A DNA stretch of 64,000 nt from Podarcis pityusensis. Taxonomy: Eukaryota. The stretch lies in NCBI GenBank assembly GCA_964106645.2, contig OZ067047.1. One strand, 5' to 3'. A model generated the notes under the pieces. It was given only the letters and a program-made list of their open reading frames with translations. It ran no database searches and was not told the origin of the DNA. Shown here piece after piece: positions 1-13,324 of the stretch. Position numbers and translations under genes: made by a program. The number at the start of each line of letters is the position of its first letter. The stretch's first letter is position 1.

Positions 1-464
1 AGCAGATGTTTTGTTTCACATTTTCATCACAACAGTGCCCATTGCCAAAAATAGATGCTGATGTTCAGTTTTTAAATTGTCTTGTGAGTTGTCTCTTTGG
101 CAGTGAGGAACTCTTGTAGTAACAATAGCAAATGTAAACTTGTACGTATTGCTTCTTTGGATCACAGCCACTGTGTTGACAACATACATGCATCTGCTAT
201 ACAAATTATGTATATAATGTAATAGAGAACAAGTAGCTGTCCAGATTTCAGTGGTGCAAGGTAATGATTTGGTTATAGACAAGGCTGAAGGTTCTTCTCA
301 TAGGCTACAAATGAATCTTGTTAACTTCTGGGGTGTGCATCTCTTTTGTTTCATCAAGATTCTACTGTATTGTCCATGGCATTTACATCTTGATCATGAA
401 AGAGGAGATGACAGACTATCAGCATTTCCATTTAAAAAATAGATTAAATGTATCTTATCAATAA

Positions 465-803
465 GGGACGTGGGTGGCGCTGTGGGTTAAACCATAGAGC
501 CTAGGACTTGCCGATCCGAAGGTCGCGGTTCGAATCCCCACGATGGGGTGAGCTCCCCTGCTCCTGCCAACCTAGCAGTTTGAAAGCACGTCAAAGTGCA
601 AGTAGATAAATAGGTATCGCTCCGGCGGGAAGGTAAACGGCGATTCTGTGCGCTGCTCTGGTTCGCCAGAAGTGGCTTAGTCATGCTGGCCACATGACCC
701 GGAAGCTGTACGCCGGCTCCCTTGGGCAATAAAGTGAGATGAGCGCTGCAACCCCAGAGTCGGCCACGACTGGACCTCATGGTTAGGGGTCCCTTTACCT
801 TTT
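465..803 (+). mobile_element. Sauria SINE, full length
   Basis: GGGACGTGGGTGGCGCTGTGGG tRNA-derived head, B-box GGTTCGAATCC, CCTTTACCTTT tail; 13-bp TSD TATCTTATCAATA at 451-463 and 804-816. Confidence 0.93.
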
Positions 804-976
804 TATCTTATCAATAGTAGCCAGCCACAAAGGGATTTTTAAGGCAACACTTCCTTACTGTTTAACAATGCATAAATATAAAGCTAATTTCATGATTTTT
901 AGTTGCATGACACTCAATGAGTGTTTTGAATTAACAGCTATAATTAAATATTAATTTATTTGCTTTGTTTTTCCAG

Positions 977-1084
977 AGTGGGTTCCCCCTCAGCCGGAGC
1001 CACTATACAGTCCAACATGTCTGGAGACAGAGCCTCTTTGCACAGACCCTGGAGAGGGTGCTGTGGTGTATCTAGCAGATGGAG
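977..1084 (+). CDS. AGBL3: AGBL3 coding exon (WVPPQPEPLYSPTCLETEPL...VVYLADG)
   Basis: ttccag acceptor, gtctga donor; resembles the CCP3 N-terminal region. Confidence 0.85.
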
Positions 1085-2566
1085 GTCTGAGCACATTTCA
1101 TTACTGAGTGCATAATACTTGAAGCATAACCATGTTTGTGATATTAAATGGTTTTCAATAGAAAAAGATACATAGTACTATCTTAGAAGTTACTGAAAAA
1201 GAGAAACTGGAGAGCAAAAGACCAAGATCTACAATTTTTTTAAAAGTTGCAAGTATTTATTTAGAATACAAACACCACTCAAAATGCACGTGTTGAAATA
1301 TAATGGCAGACAGTGGTTGTTACTGAACAATTAACAGGCTGTTATCCTAAAGATAATGTCATGGGCAACTAGTTGCATATACTTTCTGGAGGCCCTTGAT
1401 GACAGAAGGCTCATTCTGTATGTATAAGAAACTTAGTTATCCATCTGGGGCTACACTGAGCATCAAAATGAAGATACAAATACACAGTTAAGTGTGAATG
1501 TGCATTTGTTTTAAGCTACACACATGTATAGTCTGCAGCTGCATGCAGATCTGGTTTTTTGAATGGGGGAGATTAACATGGGAGCAAGTCCTACTGAATT
1601 CAGCAGAATTCACATTCATTGACATAATGAGTGTAACTGTCCTCGCTCTGGCCCTCAATTCTGCATTCCAGAAATCCCGAAAGCTTTAGTAAAGAGTTCT
1701 GTACACAATCTCTGCATCAGCTCAAGATACAGGTTACAAGGTTAAAAGGCCCATCAACAGAGTCTAGGATACATGGTTAGACATAAGTGAAGACATTGTT
1801 CCAACACATGTTGTGCACCTTCCACTCCGGAGCTCATAATTCATGTAGTTTCCCTCCCAAGCAAGAAGACTGAGCTTGCAGGTATGTGCTCCTGTGGGGA
1901 TGGATCTGTTTGCACTTGTACTGTCAGTGGCATGCTCTTGACAATGGAACTTGAGTCCAGGCCTGCAATCTGGTTGGCTCCAGTCATTGACTGGCCAGCT
2001 CCTCTATTATTGTGGGAACCTTAACTCTCAGAAAGCAGGGTGGGGTTCCCCATCCCCTTCCGGAACATCTGATAGCCCCAGGTCAGGGTCCCCCACCACA
2101 TCATTGCTTGAGCTTTCCCCAACCCCTTTCTCAGCCTTTTCATCTGACCGATTACTACCCCATCCCACTTGGTGGCATGGGGCCCATGACAGTAGCTGAT
2201 ATTTTGAGGCAAAAATATTATTATATAACACATATGAAAGTTAGTGTAAGCATTAAGAAAACACTGCAGGAGTGAACAAAGGCAGTGACACTTGCTTAAA
2301 GGGATGCCATATACAGAGGCTATATTCAGATGCTGGATATATAAACCCAATAGCTACCATTTTAAACAGCTGTCTATATGATGCTGAATGCTTCTTGACA
2401 AAGTTTTAGTTTTGAAATTCCTAAGGGAAATCAGGCAATTCTGCAGTGGCACTAGGACACCACCAAGTGGGTAGTCTCTGAGTGACCCCTCCCTTCTCGC
2501 ACAGAATATTTTTCTAATAGTAATTCACAACTGAATAATAATTGTATATTTTGCTTCTCTCACTAG

Positions 2567-2714
2567 CTGATAAAGAGTCCAGCTTTATGTATTCTCGAAT
2601 AGGGGGGAGCTTCCCCTCAAAGCAGGTGCTTCCTCAATCATGGGATGACTGGGACAATACTTTGATCTTTGAAGCACGATTTGAAAGTGGCAATCTGCAA
2701 AAGGTGGTCAAAAT
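2567..2714 (+). CDS. AGBL3: AGBL3 coding exon (DKESSFMYSRIGG...FEARFESGNLQKVVK)
   Basis: cactag acceptor, gtaggt donor; CCP FESGNL motif. Confidence 0.93.
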
Positions 2715-3450
2715 GTAGGTTGCTCACCATTTCCCTTTGATTTGCAATAGTTGCTGGTTTCTGTCTGCATTTGTTCTGGTGTTAAAGGGTGATATCCAAC
2801 TAAGTAATTACTCGAAGTAGTCACATTGAAATCAGTAGGTTGACTACTTAGACTGAGTATGGATATCATCTGTACTCTTGTTTTGGCAGACCTGGATTAA
2901 TAGCTTAGAAAACTTGAAATGCAGATATCCATATACACTTGCAGGAAAGTTTGTATTGGCTTATTGGAATCCCAGAATCACACAAAGAGGACAAATTTCT
3001 GACCACCCAGCACTTGTACAAAATATAGGCAGTCAGGACCACAAAAACGCTCCAAATGTGTGAATTGGTATGTAATCATATGTGAATCAAAATAAAGCAG
3101 TAAGATAAAACAGCTAATGAACATAATTGTAAAATACAATATATATTGAAAGACATAAGAGAATGTAACTTAACTGCTCATTCAAGACATCTGAGAATTT
3201 GATCTAAGCTCACCATAAGGATCATGTGGACTATTTTTAAAATACAAATATGTGCATGAACAAGTTCCTTATAAGTTTATTATAGGCAACAAAATCTATA
3301 AACAATTTTTTGTGAAAGAAATTTGGGTTTAAAAAGATACATTTGAAATAAGAGAGATACAGGAGCAGCATATATCATGTTTCATAACTGTGCCTGAATG
3401 CCCAACAGTATATTTTATACTAAAATACTTTTCTCCTTTTCCCATGCCAG

Positions 3451-4233
3451 TAGTGATTTTGAGTACCAGCTGACACTACGCACTGATCTCTACACAAATA
3501 AGCACACCCAGTGGTACTACTTCCAGGTCACCAACACCCAAGCAGGAATGCCCTACCGTTTCACTATTGTCAACTTCACCAAGCCAACAAGTTTGTATAA
3601 TCGTGGTATGCGTCCGTTGCTGTATTCAGAAGCAGAAGCAAAGATCCACAAGGTGGGGTGGCAAAGGACAGGAGATGAAATCAAGTATTATAAAAACAAT
3701 CTCGGCCAAGGTGGGCGCCAGTATTTTTCCCTGACATGGACATTCCAGTTCCCGCATGACAGGGATACCTGCTATTTTGCCCACTGCTATCCTTACACTT
3801 ACAGTAACCTGCAAGACTACCTAGCAAACATTGCTGGAGACCCAAGGCGGTCCAAGTTCTGCAAGATCCGCATCTTGTGCCATTCCCTGGCTAGGAACAT
3901 AGTCTATGTTCTAACCATCACTAACCCCTTGCAAGATTTTCAGGAGGAAAAACGCAAGGCAGCGGTGATTTTGACTGCCAGGGTGCACCCAGGTGAAACG
4001 AATAGTTCCTGGGTGATGAAGGGCTTTCTGGATTACATTCTGGGGGATTCAAATAATGCCCAGTGGCTTCGGGACACTTTTGTTTTTAAGGTGGTACCAA
4101 TGCTGAATCCCGATGGTGTGATTGTAGGCAATTACCGCTGCTCTTTAGCAGGCAGGGACTTAAACCGCAACTATAAATCGGATCTCAAGGAATCATTCCC
4201 TCCCATCTGGTGTACCCGCAGCATGATCAAAAG
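3451..4233 (+). CDS. AGBL3: AGBL3 large exon (pro-domain and carboxypeptidase domain)
   Basis: Lies in ORF 3398-4237; WYYF, YPYTY, zinc ligands RVHPGE, NPDG, DLNR; gccag acceptor, gtaaaa donor. Confidence 0.97.
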
Positions 4234-4784
4234 GTAAAAAGGTAACACCATCCCTCTTCTGTGTCCAGTATCACCACTCTTTATTCATTATTATACCAAT
4301 ATTAATTAATACATAATGTGTATTCATCTTGTTGCATTGAACTTATTTTTTGTTCAAATTTTGTTGAAATTTTAGGTACATCTAAATGTTGTTTTAATAC
4401 TTTCCCTGATTGGCATGTAGAAGGCCTCCAGGAAAATCATGAGTTAGCACTCCCTGCTGCTGAGGACAGGCATGGACATGTGATAAACTTAGAATTATAA
4501 AACCACCAGCAGCTTCTCAAGCCCATCCCCACTTCCTTTCCCTGCCCAGCCTAGGATAGAGTATTCCTTCAGCTTCCTTCAGCTAGAATTCTATTCAAGA
4601 CATTTTATCTTGTAATTATTAGCTTTTTCTCTATTTGCTGAACTTTAGCTCGTTCCTTTTTTTGTTTTCACCTGTTTCCCACTGTGTGTTTTAAAAAAGA
4701 AAAGACTAATTTAGCTGCTCTCTTTCTCTGGTTTGGCTGTCTATCCTTCATGGCTTCATCAGGAAAAGCCACTTCTGCTCACTG

Positions 4785-4880
4785 GTTTCCCACGGGCATC
4801 TGGTTTGGCCGCTGTGAAAACAAGATGCTGGACTAGATGGGCCATTGGCCTGATCTAGCAGGCTATTCTTATGCTCTTAT
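4785..4880 (+). repeat. 3' fragment of a CR1-type LINE or CR1-mobilised SINE
   Basis: GCTGGACTAGATGGGCCATTGGCCTGATCTAGCAGGCTATTCTTATGCTCTTAT tail typical of sauropsid CR1-related repeats. Confidence 0.55.
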
Positions 4881-5674
4881 ATGTATAGAAATGCTCTGAG
4901 GGGATAGGGGAAACGAGCCCTGTGTGTTTCAAATATTTAATTTGTACATAGAGCTATCAGTGATCTTACAACTCCTGACCTCTCTTGCTGCATGGGATCT
5001 GGCATCAGTCCAGAACATGAGAGCCCATCAGGAAGTCTGAGTTTCTTTTTCTTATGTTTGTTTTCACTCTACCTACTTCCCTGGGAAAAAACCAAACTGC
5101 AGTCAAGGTGGTTTTTGAGTTGAGGGTTTAACGGCAGGTTTGTCTGGATCTTAATTTGGACCATCTGTTTTGGGCTCAGATCTGGAAGTTAGCTTTGGGA
5201 AGTCGCATTTTCCTGAAGGCCTCCTACACACTGACCAGGAAATGAAACTTGTTAGTCATTGTGTGTGTGGGTTCTGGTGGGCATGCAGGAGGTCTCCTTC
5301 TCCACCCTGGCTTAGTACAGATGGCACCAGTCATCACTGGTTTTTGAATGTTTTAAATTACCTATTTTTAATGGTCTTTTACTGATAATTTTTATTTAAA
5401 GTAACCTTCTTTGAGGTTTTATTATGATAAAGCAGAACAAACATTTTATTAAATGTAAAATGAAATAAAAATAAATCATCTTAGTCTTTGGGGGTTTGGT
5501 CCTTCCAGTTTAAACCATGCCTTTTTCAGAGGTGTTTTTCTTTCCTTTCTGTATGTATGTGTGTTTGTTTGTTCCTTCAGTCGCACACTCTCTCTTTTTC
5601 TCTGTCTTTCAACAATGTTTGGAACTTGAGAGGGGCTGAGGAATTGGCTGTATAATTCTAACTTATTCATATGC

Positions 5675-5714
5675 TCCTTCCTTCCTTCCTTCCTTCCTTC
5701 CTTCCTTCCTTCCT
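5675..5714. repeat. (CCTT)n microsatellite
   Basis: About 10 tandem CCTT units. Confidence 0.95.
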
Positions 5715-6272
5715 TTCTGGTGATGGGTTTAACACATTGTTTCAATGGAAGACTCCTGCAAAGCCACTGGAAGGGAATATTCACAGTGAAGTAACCAGTG
5801 TTCCATTCTAATGAACATAGACTGGAAAGACCAACCTCTGGAGAAGGAAGGGAATTCCCCTATACCAATAAAGGGGACTATTTTCCTCAACAAAGCTCTT
5901 TAATCTTCTGTTAACTGTGTTTTTCACATAATGACAGCAACTTATGTTATAGCTCTGTTTTTTAAACATTTGTCACGTGTCGGCTGCAATGGAAAAAGCA
6001 TTTTCATATTGTGCATTTAGTATCTGTCATTGGAAAGGCAGTGATGGCCTAATAGGTGCAACTCAGCTCTTATTGGACTCAAGGGAAAAGCTCCCCTGAC
6101 ACTAATGCAGCTAACCAATGCCCCAGTGCAGGTTGTTCCAGTAGAAAAACAATCCGTCAAGCAATGATCATCTTTAATACGTTTAAGAGATTTCCTACAA
6201 TTGCTATCATAACTCAAAAAATCAATTGCAGAAACCAAAGCTGCTCTTATTTAACTTTCTACCTTGTTACAG

Positions 6273-6438
6273 AATGATGGGAGAGCGCAAGGTTCTCCTA
6301 TATTGTGACCTTCATGGTCATAGCAGAAAAGAGAATGTCTTCATGTATGGCTGTGAAAAACGAGATCATCAAGAAGAAGGGGCAGGCTTACATCAGCGCG
6401 TTTTCCCTCTCATTATGAGCAAACGTTGTCCCGATAAA
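6273..6438 (+). CDS. AGBL3: AGBL3 coding exon (MMGERKVLLYCDLHGHSRKEN...CPDK)
   Basis: Third zinc ligand in DLHGHS; tacag acceptor, gtaagc donor. Confidence 0.95.
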
Positions 6439-6872
6439 GTAAGCTGACATTTAACATTAATATGTAAGAAATCATTTCTTTCAGTACATTAAAAAATTGC
6501 TAAATCACTTGACAGTTTCAATGATCTAAACATTGTAAGAAGTTTGTGCTTTAAAAATAAGGGATTATATTGCGATAGTTGTTAAACATACTAGGAGTTT
6601 CCTTAGTGAGTCCCTTTAGGAGCATGCACCATGACATGAAGTTATTATATCATGCATTTCCTTCTGCCCCTGCCCTCTACCCCACATCTGTAACAGCCTA
6701 TAATGCACAGTGGGTAAGGGGACATGAATGACTTGACAACATGACATCACCAGTAAACCAAACTATGTGTTGAGGAAGACTGTGGCACAGGGAGGCCATT
6801 TCTGGGCACAGCTGTATAGTTTTGGCCTCGTTGCAAAAGTGCAGTAGTAATTCCACTTCTCTCTTTGTTAAG

Positions 6873-6999
6873 TTCTCGTTCCAAGATTGCAATTTCAAGA
6901 TACAAAAAGCTAGAGAAGGGACAGGTCGAATAGTGATGTGGAAGATGGGCATCAGCAACAGCTATACCTTAGAAGTTACTTTCTGTGGGTCTAAATTGG
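6873..6999 (+). CDS. AGBL3: AGBL3 coding exon ([12 protein letters not shown]...[13 protein letters not shown])
   Basis: Catalytic Glu in TLE; ttaag acceptor, gtaagg donor. Confidence 0.94.
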
Positions 7000-8010
7000 G
7001 TAAGGCAAATACAGTTTTTCTCTAGAATCTATATTTAAAGCATTCAAAGACGTCTCATGTCTTGTAGCTGCAGATTTTTTAAGAGATAATGTGAGCTTAT
7101 TGTGTTTGACAGATAAATACTACATAGGAAGACATGTTGAAACGTTAATGTTATAGGTGTATATTAAAATTGCATTTGGCCCAAGAAATAGTGGTTGTGG
7201 GTACCAAATGTAACAATTACAGGGAGTAAATGACTACAGAAGGGTGGGATTTTGGCTAATGAGTTTAAAACTGAGTTTATGCTTACCTGAAAGTCCGTTA
7301 AGCTGTATTTACAGTTTAACAGTGATTTCGTCTTTGGGTATTGTAGTTCTTTGAAGTTGGGTAGGTAGGAATCTCTAACACAGAATTCTCACACTTTCAC
7401 AACTTTGAAGCTGTGGTTGTTGAACTGCTATCAAATATTTATCTACCTTATACTGTAGATGTGTCCTTGGTGAAGGAATCAGACTAAGACTATTTAACAA
7501 GAAATAGCAATATTTTATATAGTTTTGCGTGGAAATTATTGGTGTTAATTTGCATCCTACTGTCAACCTTAGATGGCAGATAAACACTTTGGGAGATGGT
7601 AGAAAATAATGGGGAAAAGTGTGAATGTGAGGCAGACTAATCTGCAGTGGAGCTAAGGCAGAAGTGTACTTGTTTGGTTTATCTGTAGATTGGGCTATTT
7701 TAAAAAAGGTAGCTGAAGGTTATAATTGGAAAGCAAAGGGTATAATTGGAAAGGCAAAGGAATGGAGGTTCTCAAAAGGAGCTATGGGAAGAAGTTTTGG
7801 AATATGGAATGTGAAAAGCCATTTGATGATCTTTTGAAAGTAAAAGATTTAAAATAAATATAAAATGTTTTGCTAACAAAAAAGTGTTATTGGGTTGGTA
7901 GCAGTCCAAATTAAAATGTGGAATTCCATCAGTGGAATTAAAATAATTGCTGATATTGAATAGGACAATTATTTCTTCACTGGTGACTGGTTCCCCCCCC
8001 CCTTTTCCAG

Positions 8011-8111
8011 GCAGTAGACATGGTACCCACTTTAGTACCAAGGATCTAGAATCCATAGGACACCATTTCTGTGGCTCACTGTTGGACTTCTGTAATAAAA
8101 AGAAGAGTAAG
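8011..8111 (+). CDS. AGBL3: AGBL3 coding exon (SRHGTHFSTKDLESIGHHFCGSLLDFC)
   Basis: ttccag acceptor, gtaatg donor; end of the CP domain. Confidence 0.93.
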
Positions 8112-8250
8112 GTAATGCAAATAAACATTATTTCTTGCAGCAATATCTGCAGCAATTATGTACTTAAAGGAATACAGTCAAAGTATTTATTATTATTTGG
8201 AAGTAGTGAGGCAGTAAATTTTATTGTTAACAGTGTGTGTTTTTCCTTAG

Positions 8251-8330
8251 TATAACGAGTGCCTGAATGAACTGGAGGAAATGCTGAAAAAGGGTGATCT
8301 ATCTGCCTCTGTCAATGACAGAGATTCCAG
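8251..8330 (+). CDS. AGBL3: AGBL3 coding exon (YNECLNELEEMLKK...)
   Basis: ccttag acceptor, gtaaaa donor; resembles CCP3 YYRCLKELEEM. Confidence 0.85.
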
Positions 8331-8501
8331 GTAAAAGGACCTCTTCTAACAATTGTTTTATTTCTAGCTTGTTATTGAGGAAATCAGTGCCATGCTTTCC
8401 AGATGTGTTTGCAGAGCAGATACTTGATTTGTTGTGCAGACAAATTCTAGAAATCCATACTCTTGTAAATGAAAATAAACATAATTATTTTTCTTTTACA
8501 G

Positions 8502-8550
8502 TTCTGACAGTTCAGACTCCAATGAGGTTACCGTTAAACTAGAAGCCCAG
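8502..8550 (+). CDS. AGBL3: AGBL3 coding exon (SDSSDSNEVTVKLEAQ)
   Basis: ttacag acceptor, gtacga donor; SDSS motif; phase compatible. Confidence 0.82.
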
Positions 8551-10290
8551 GTACGATATACATTATCATCAAAAATTCAGCTTTAGTAAGATTTTACTTG
8601 AAATTAATTTCCTTGACATGTAATATAATGAAATACAGAACAGTATACTGATGTTTAGTTGCAATGTGTCAAAATAATATAGACACACCAATTTTTTTAT
8701 TCATAAGAAATATACTGGAAAACAAAAAGAAACAACTAGCAGTGCTTGATTTATAATGTAGAACACAACTACTTTATAATATCAACTTGAATGGCAGATT
8801 TAGAATTCTTCATACTATCGGAAACACGCTTCTCAATATTAACTGACATATCAACTATTCTTCTGTAAATTGTATCTTCAGACAAAGAAATTTTCACAAT
8901 CAAGGCTCAGGCAGGCTTAATTGATTTTTCCTGCTGTTGTATGTGGTTTTGTCTGTTGAGCAATCCATTCTGTCACTTGGTAAGATATACCAGTAATTTG
9001 CATCTTATCTGAGACTTTTACTCATTTTTTGAAATATGTTCACTGGTATTTCTGCTGTTCCAAAAGCCTTTCAAAATATTGAACCTTCTTGTTCGCCAGA
9101 TTTCCTTGTTTTTACAGCAGACGTCTTGTCATGTTGTTTAGGGCCATTTTAGAATTGGAAAGCTTCTCACCACAGATCAAACACATAGGCTGAGGGACGT
9201 TTTAATCTCCAGCCCATGTGAAACTGAGACTCAGATAGATATCCACATATTGCTGACAAACGTGGATCACTAGGATTGTTTTCAGTATCATTTGATGCAC
9301 TTATGCTCATTTTGAAAAAATGGATATCCATATTCTGCAAATAATAAAAAAAAATTGGTACTGTACTACACTACACTGAAATGTTTAACTATTTCTTGGA
9401 TTGTCCTTGAAACTTTCCACCACACTTGCCATCCTTTCCTGCCAGGAGTCTTCTTCAACCAGACACAGCAGACCACAATACTGTTATTGTGAGTAGCAAG
9501 TGGTGGCACCTAGTTTTGCTCTACTTGTCTCCCTGCACAGCAAGATCAGTTCTGTCTTCTGAGAGGCCCAGCTCCCATCATCACTGAGGGAGGTGGGATG
9601 AGGCAAGAAGCAGCTGGCTGGGCACAGGCCTTGCCTCCCTCTCCCAAGACTTATAGCATGCACTTCTTGTTAGTTGGGGACATATGAAAGGTGCAGAATA
9701 GGTGGGGCTGGACAAGACATACACACAAACTGTGAGTGATAAATCAGAAATCAAACGTGGAGAACATATGCTCAAAGAGGGAAAGATGTCATGCTAAAAA
9801 GTCGTTTCATTTAGGGGGAAACTAAGCATTTCAAGAAATACTACTTTGGTGCTACTGACAAAAATAGAAACCCCAAAATAATAGTCTTCATCTCTATCAA
9901 TAACATCTGATACAATTTACCCCATCCCTTGGCTGACATTGTTACACGGTGTTTCCACCCCAGTCCAGTCACTGGGGTGCATTGGGCTGCAGCCATTGAT
10001 GTGGAGGAGAGTGAGGAGATGCACATTATATTTTCAGGAAATCCGGATGAATTGTGTTAGATTTTATTGAGGAGGATTTGGGATGTGAAATGGGGACATG
10101 TCTGCCATTTAGTTGTTCACCATCTAGTTGACACAACATCTAGTTGTTCCCTTAAATCCTTTTGAGTTACTAAGATATAAGAATAAAATTTAAAGGTTAA
10201 ATAAAGGGGGAAAAATAATGTAGATAACTGTAATCCTATTAAACCCAGATATACATTTTAATTTATTTGTTTGTTTGTTTTGCTTGTTAG

Positions 10291-10389
10291 GCAAAACCAA
10301 GAAAGAAGTATCTGAAAACCAAGAAAGAAAGGAGTGCCTTTCTGGTGTCATCAGGAAGAAGGTTTTCTAAACAACCCCATGAATCAATT
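10291..10389 (+). CDS. AGBL3: AGBL3 coding exon (AKPRKKYLKTKKERSAF...)
   Basis: gttag acceptor, gtaaag donor; basic KKxLKTKKER motif of CCP2/3. Confidence 0.85.
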
Positions 10390-10453
10390 GTAAAGCAGTA
10401 TTATTATTATTATTATTATTATTATCATTATCACTAGGTATTAATGAGATTAG

Positions 10454-10489
10454 TAGGGTTGCCATATTTTGAAGAGCAAAGAAGAGGAG

Positions 10490-10520
<31 letters not shown>

Positions 10521-11134
10521 CCTCCTTGATTTATTTGTTACTTCCCATGCCAGTGGCCAGTGGCCCTTATGCACAGCCAGTGGCCCTTATGCTTTGTGAC
10601 CCCCCAACACTCCCCCTGCCCACCTACAAGGGGCCACAGGCTATTGTAATTGTGCATCACAACCCAAGCAAAGCAGTCAGAGGTTCCTCAAACTCTTCTC
10701 CTCAACCCATATACCCAACACCCTCCTCCTGGGTCTCGCCCAGGCATCTGTCAGAGGAGGAGAGCCAGCAGGGAGAGAATTGGCAGCACATGGCATCTCG
10801 TGCACCTCCTTCACTGCTGCTGCTGTCTCTCTCTCCCTCTCTCTCTCTCTTCCTCTCCTCACAAACCCAGTTCCCACCTCAGCACTGCCCACCAATGGCC
10901 GGGGTGTGAGGGAGGGAGGAGGCCTGGCTGGCCAAGTCCTCTTTCCACCCTGACCAACCCTGTTGGAAAAGGCCAGGAATGCCATGCATTAGATGGACCA
11001 TGTCCATCTAAACAAAACAAAAAACAAAAAAAACCCTCGGCCATTTTGCTTAATTTTAAGAATCCTCCCAGACAGACATTTTAAGCCTGAAAAATAGGAC
11101 ATATCTCGGAAAATCCAGACGTATAGCAACCTTA
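10454..11134. mobile_element. Old non-autonomous DNA transposon (hAT-like) containing an (AC)n tract
   Basis: Imperfect TIRs TAGGGTTGCCATA ... TATAGCAACCTTA; no clean TSD visible. Confidence 0.5.
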
Positions 11135-11562
11135 AGTATTTCTATATGATGTATAACACTGACAGAAAATCAGAAGAATAAGCACTGTGCGATTTATTGT
11201 TTAAGAATATATTGTTGGCCTGGCAAATGCACCAATGTCATGAAGATAAACCAGGATTTTGTCACCTAAGAATTGTTACTTGACCTTCAGGATTCTATCA
11301 TAAGACCAGGAACAGACTTTATTCTTCACTTCTTAGATCCATCACAATAAAGTTATATACTGAACTAGGAAGATCCAGTACTTATTTGAGCAGACTGGTG
11401 CAGTTCAGAAAAGGTGTCTTCAGTACTTTCTTTTGTGGAAATAGAAGGAAAGTGCATCTTGAAAATTCCTGAAATATTATGAGAGTATTTTGTTTACTTT
11501 TGCATCCTTTTAAGTATAATGGTTTCTCTTATAAATACAGTAATACCTTTCTTCCTGTTTAG

Positions 11563-11631
11563 AGTGAAACCAAAAAATCAGAAGAATCTTCTCACAGAAT
11601 TTCCAAGAGCCATGAACAAATTATAAAAAGT
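11563..11631 (+). CDS. AGBL3: Putative AGBL3 tail exon (SETKKSEESSHRISKSHEQIIKS)
   Basis: Pyrimidine tract plus tttag, gtaagg donor, open, phase 0-0. Confidence 0.65.
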
Positions 11632-11781
11632 GTAAGGATTTCTATATATTGTGAAAGATCTGTTGTCCTTTTGTGAACAGAATAGGATTATACAGTATAC
11701 AGCACAATAGTTAACTGACAGCAAACATTAGTTAGTCAAATCTCCTGCTTATATGAATTCTCAGGTATACTCATATGAATA

Positions 11782-12017
11782 CAGTGGTACCTCTGGTTAC
11801 ATACGCTTCAGGTTACAGACTCCGCTAATCCAGAAATAGTGCTTCAGGTTAAGAACTTTGCTTCAGGATGAGAACAAAAATTGTGTTCCGGCGGCGCGGC
11901 AGCAGCAGGAGGCCCCATTAGCTAAAGTGGTGCTTCAGGTTAAGAACAGTTTCAGATTAAGTACAGTTTCAGGTTAAGTACAGTTTCAGGTTAAGTACTT
12001 AACCCGAGGTACCACTG
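11782..12017. mobile_element. Tc1/mariner (Tigger/pogo-like) MITE, family A
   Basis: TIR CAGTGGTACCTC...GAGGTACCACTG flanked by TA; same body as 24079-24296 and 41447-41672. Confidence 0.9.
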
Positions 12018-12502
12018 TATATTTGAAATGTTTGATATTTTTAGTAGCTGTTTATAATTGCTCTTTTCCTCAAGTATTCAGACAAGTGAAAGTTTATACT
12101 TGATAAGTATAAACTTCTTTTTTTCTTTTTTTAAAGCCTTTTTGCAGTACTGTTACAGTTACTACTAATAACTGTGAAATACAGTTATTCACCAAATCAG
12201 CAAGGGAGATACTAATGTGTATTAGTATCATTAAGGATGTAGTTGTACATCTCTTTCATGTTTCTGAGCTGGGCCCATTGAACAGCTTTTTTTGAAGAGA
12301 TCGTCTTTTGAAGAGAGAGCTTTACCGGGGGCAGGGGGCAGGCTTCTGCTGGGGGAAGACAGAACCTCAGTTAATTGAGTACTTTCAATGCTTTTCAATA
12401 ATTTTTGTGGCCCCCCCAATGGCTATGCCCATGCCATGGTATTATTTTAGTTCTTCCCATGTAAGTGACTGGTAAGTAGTACATGTTTCTCTTTCTCCAC
12501 AG

Positions 12503-12616
12503 ACCCAGGTTTTTCAGAAACTGAAACCAATGGAGCTGCAAAACATACGAAAGGAAAAATATGAAATTACCAAGCAGACTGTAGAACCTTTGTCCAGAAC
12601 ACCCAATGCTAAAAAG
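12503..12616 (+). CDS. AGBL3: Putative AGBL3 tail exon (TQVFQKLKPMELQNIRKEK...NAKK)
   Basis: ctttctccacag acceptor, aag|gtttgg donor, open, phase 0-0. Confidence 0.6.
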
Positions 12617-13246
12617 GTTTGGCTGGCCCATTAATAGAATAATTTTCCAGATAATCAGAAAATGCATATAGCTTTATGTTAGTGACAACCAAAAGCAGAG
12701 TTTGACTTTGACATTAGGAAAAGCTAAAAGGATGCTGTGTCCTGTTGTTAAAGGGATATCTGGCAATGTAACATTACCGCTTAAAATAATATGTGTGCTT
12801 TGCAATTTATTTATTTATTTAATTCCTGAAATAGAACAGCATTGTGGAACCCGCTCTAGTTAAAAGAATCATAGTTCCTTTAACTTTGTACAACAGTGCT
12901 TGGACAGCAGACTGTAAGGTCACCTGCTGTTTCTTTTATCTCCTAGAAGTTGTTAACACCGAAGGTCCTCTACCTTTGTTTTAAGACTTTCAGTAAAAGT
13001 GATTAAAAAAAGCTTTGTAGCTTTATTCAGAACAATCAATTAAATACACTGAGTAATTATTTCATTAACTTTTAGCAGGCAGATATTCTGTTTTACAGAA
13101 ATGTATTTTAAAGTATGGTCCAGTTTAAAAGAAAGGGATATAATTATATCTCAGTTCCCTGAAGAGCCTTTAGTTTCAGCGCAACAGGCAGTTTAATCAT
13201 GCTTTTCTTCATTTGTAATTATCATAACATGCTCTGTGGCCCTTAG

Positions 13247-13324
13247 CTTCCCATATGCAGAAAGAGAAAGGATGATGTGTCTTTAAACAAGCAGTTCTTA
13301 CGAGATTATGACTACAGATTCAGA
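13247..13324 (+). CDS. AGBL3: Possible AGBL3 tail exon (LPICRKRKDDVSLNKQFLRDYDYRFR)
   Basis: cccttag acceptor, weak gtattc donor, open, phase 0-0. Confidence 0.35.

Noticed and set aside
487-780. ORFs 487-780, 22345-22527, 24861-25043 and 43924-44241 with mutually similar peptides
   Set aside because: They are translations of Sauria SINE copies, not a gene family.
3398-3450. N-terminal extension of the 279-aa ORF as a stand-alone gene
   Set aside because: It is the intronic pyrimidine tract; the ORF is an internal AGBL3 exon.
7714-7760. Short tandem duplication (TATAATTGGAAAG..) and similar ones near 10120 and 10555
   Set aside because: Two-copy slippage duplications; no repeat-spacer array, so not CRISPR-like.
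12286-12378. Open segment after aacag ending in TGA, possible alternative last AGBL3 exon
   Set aside because: Weak acceptor, no homology and no nearby polyA signal seen.
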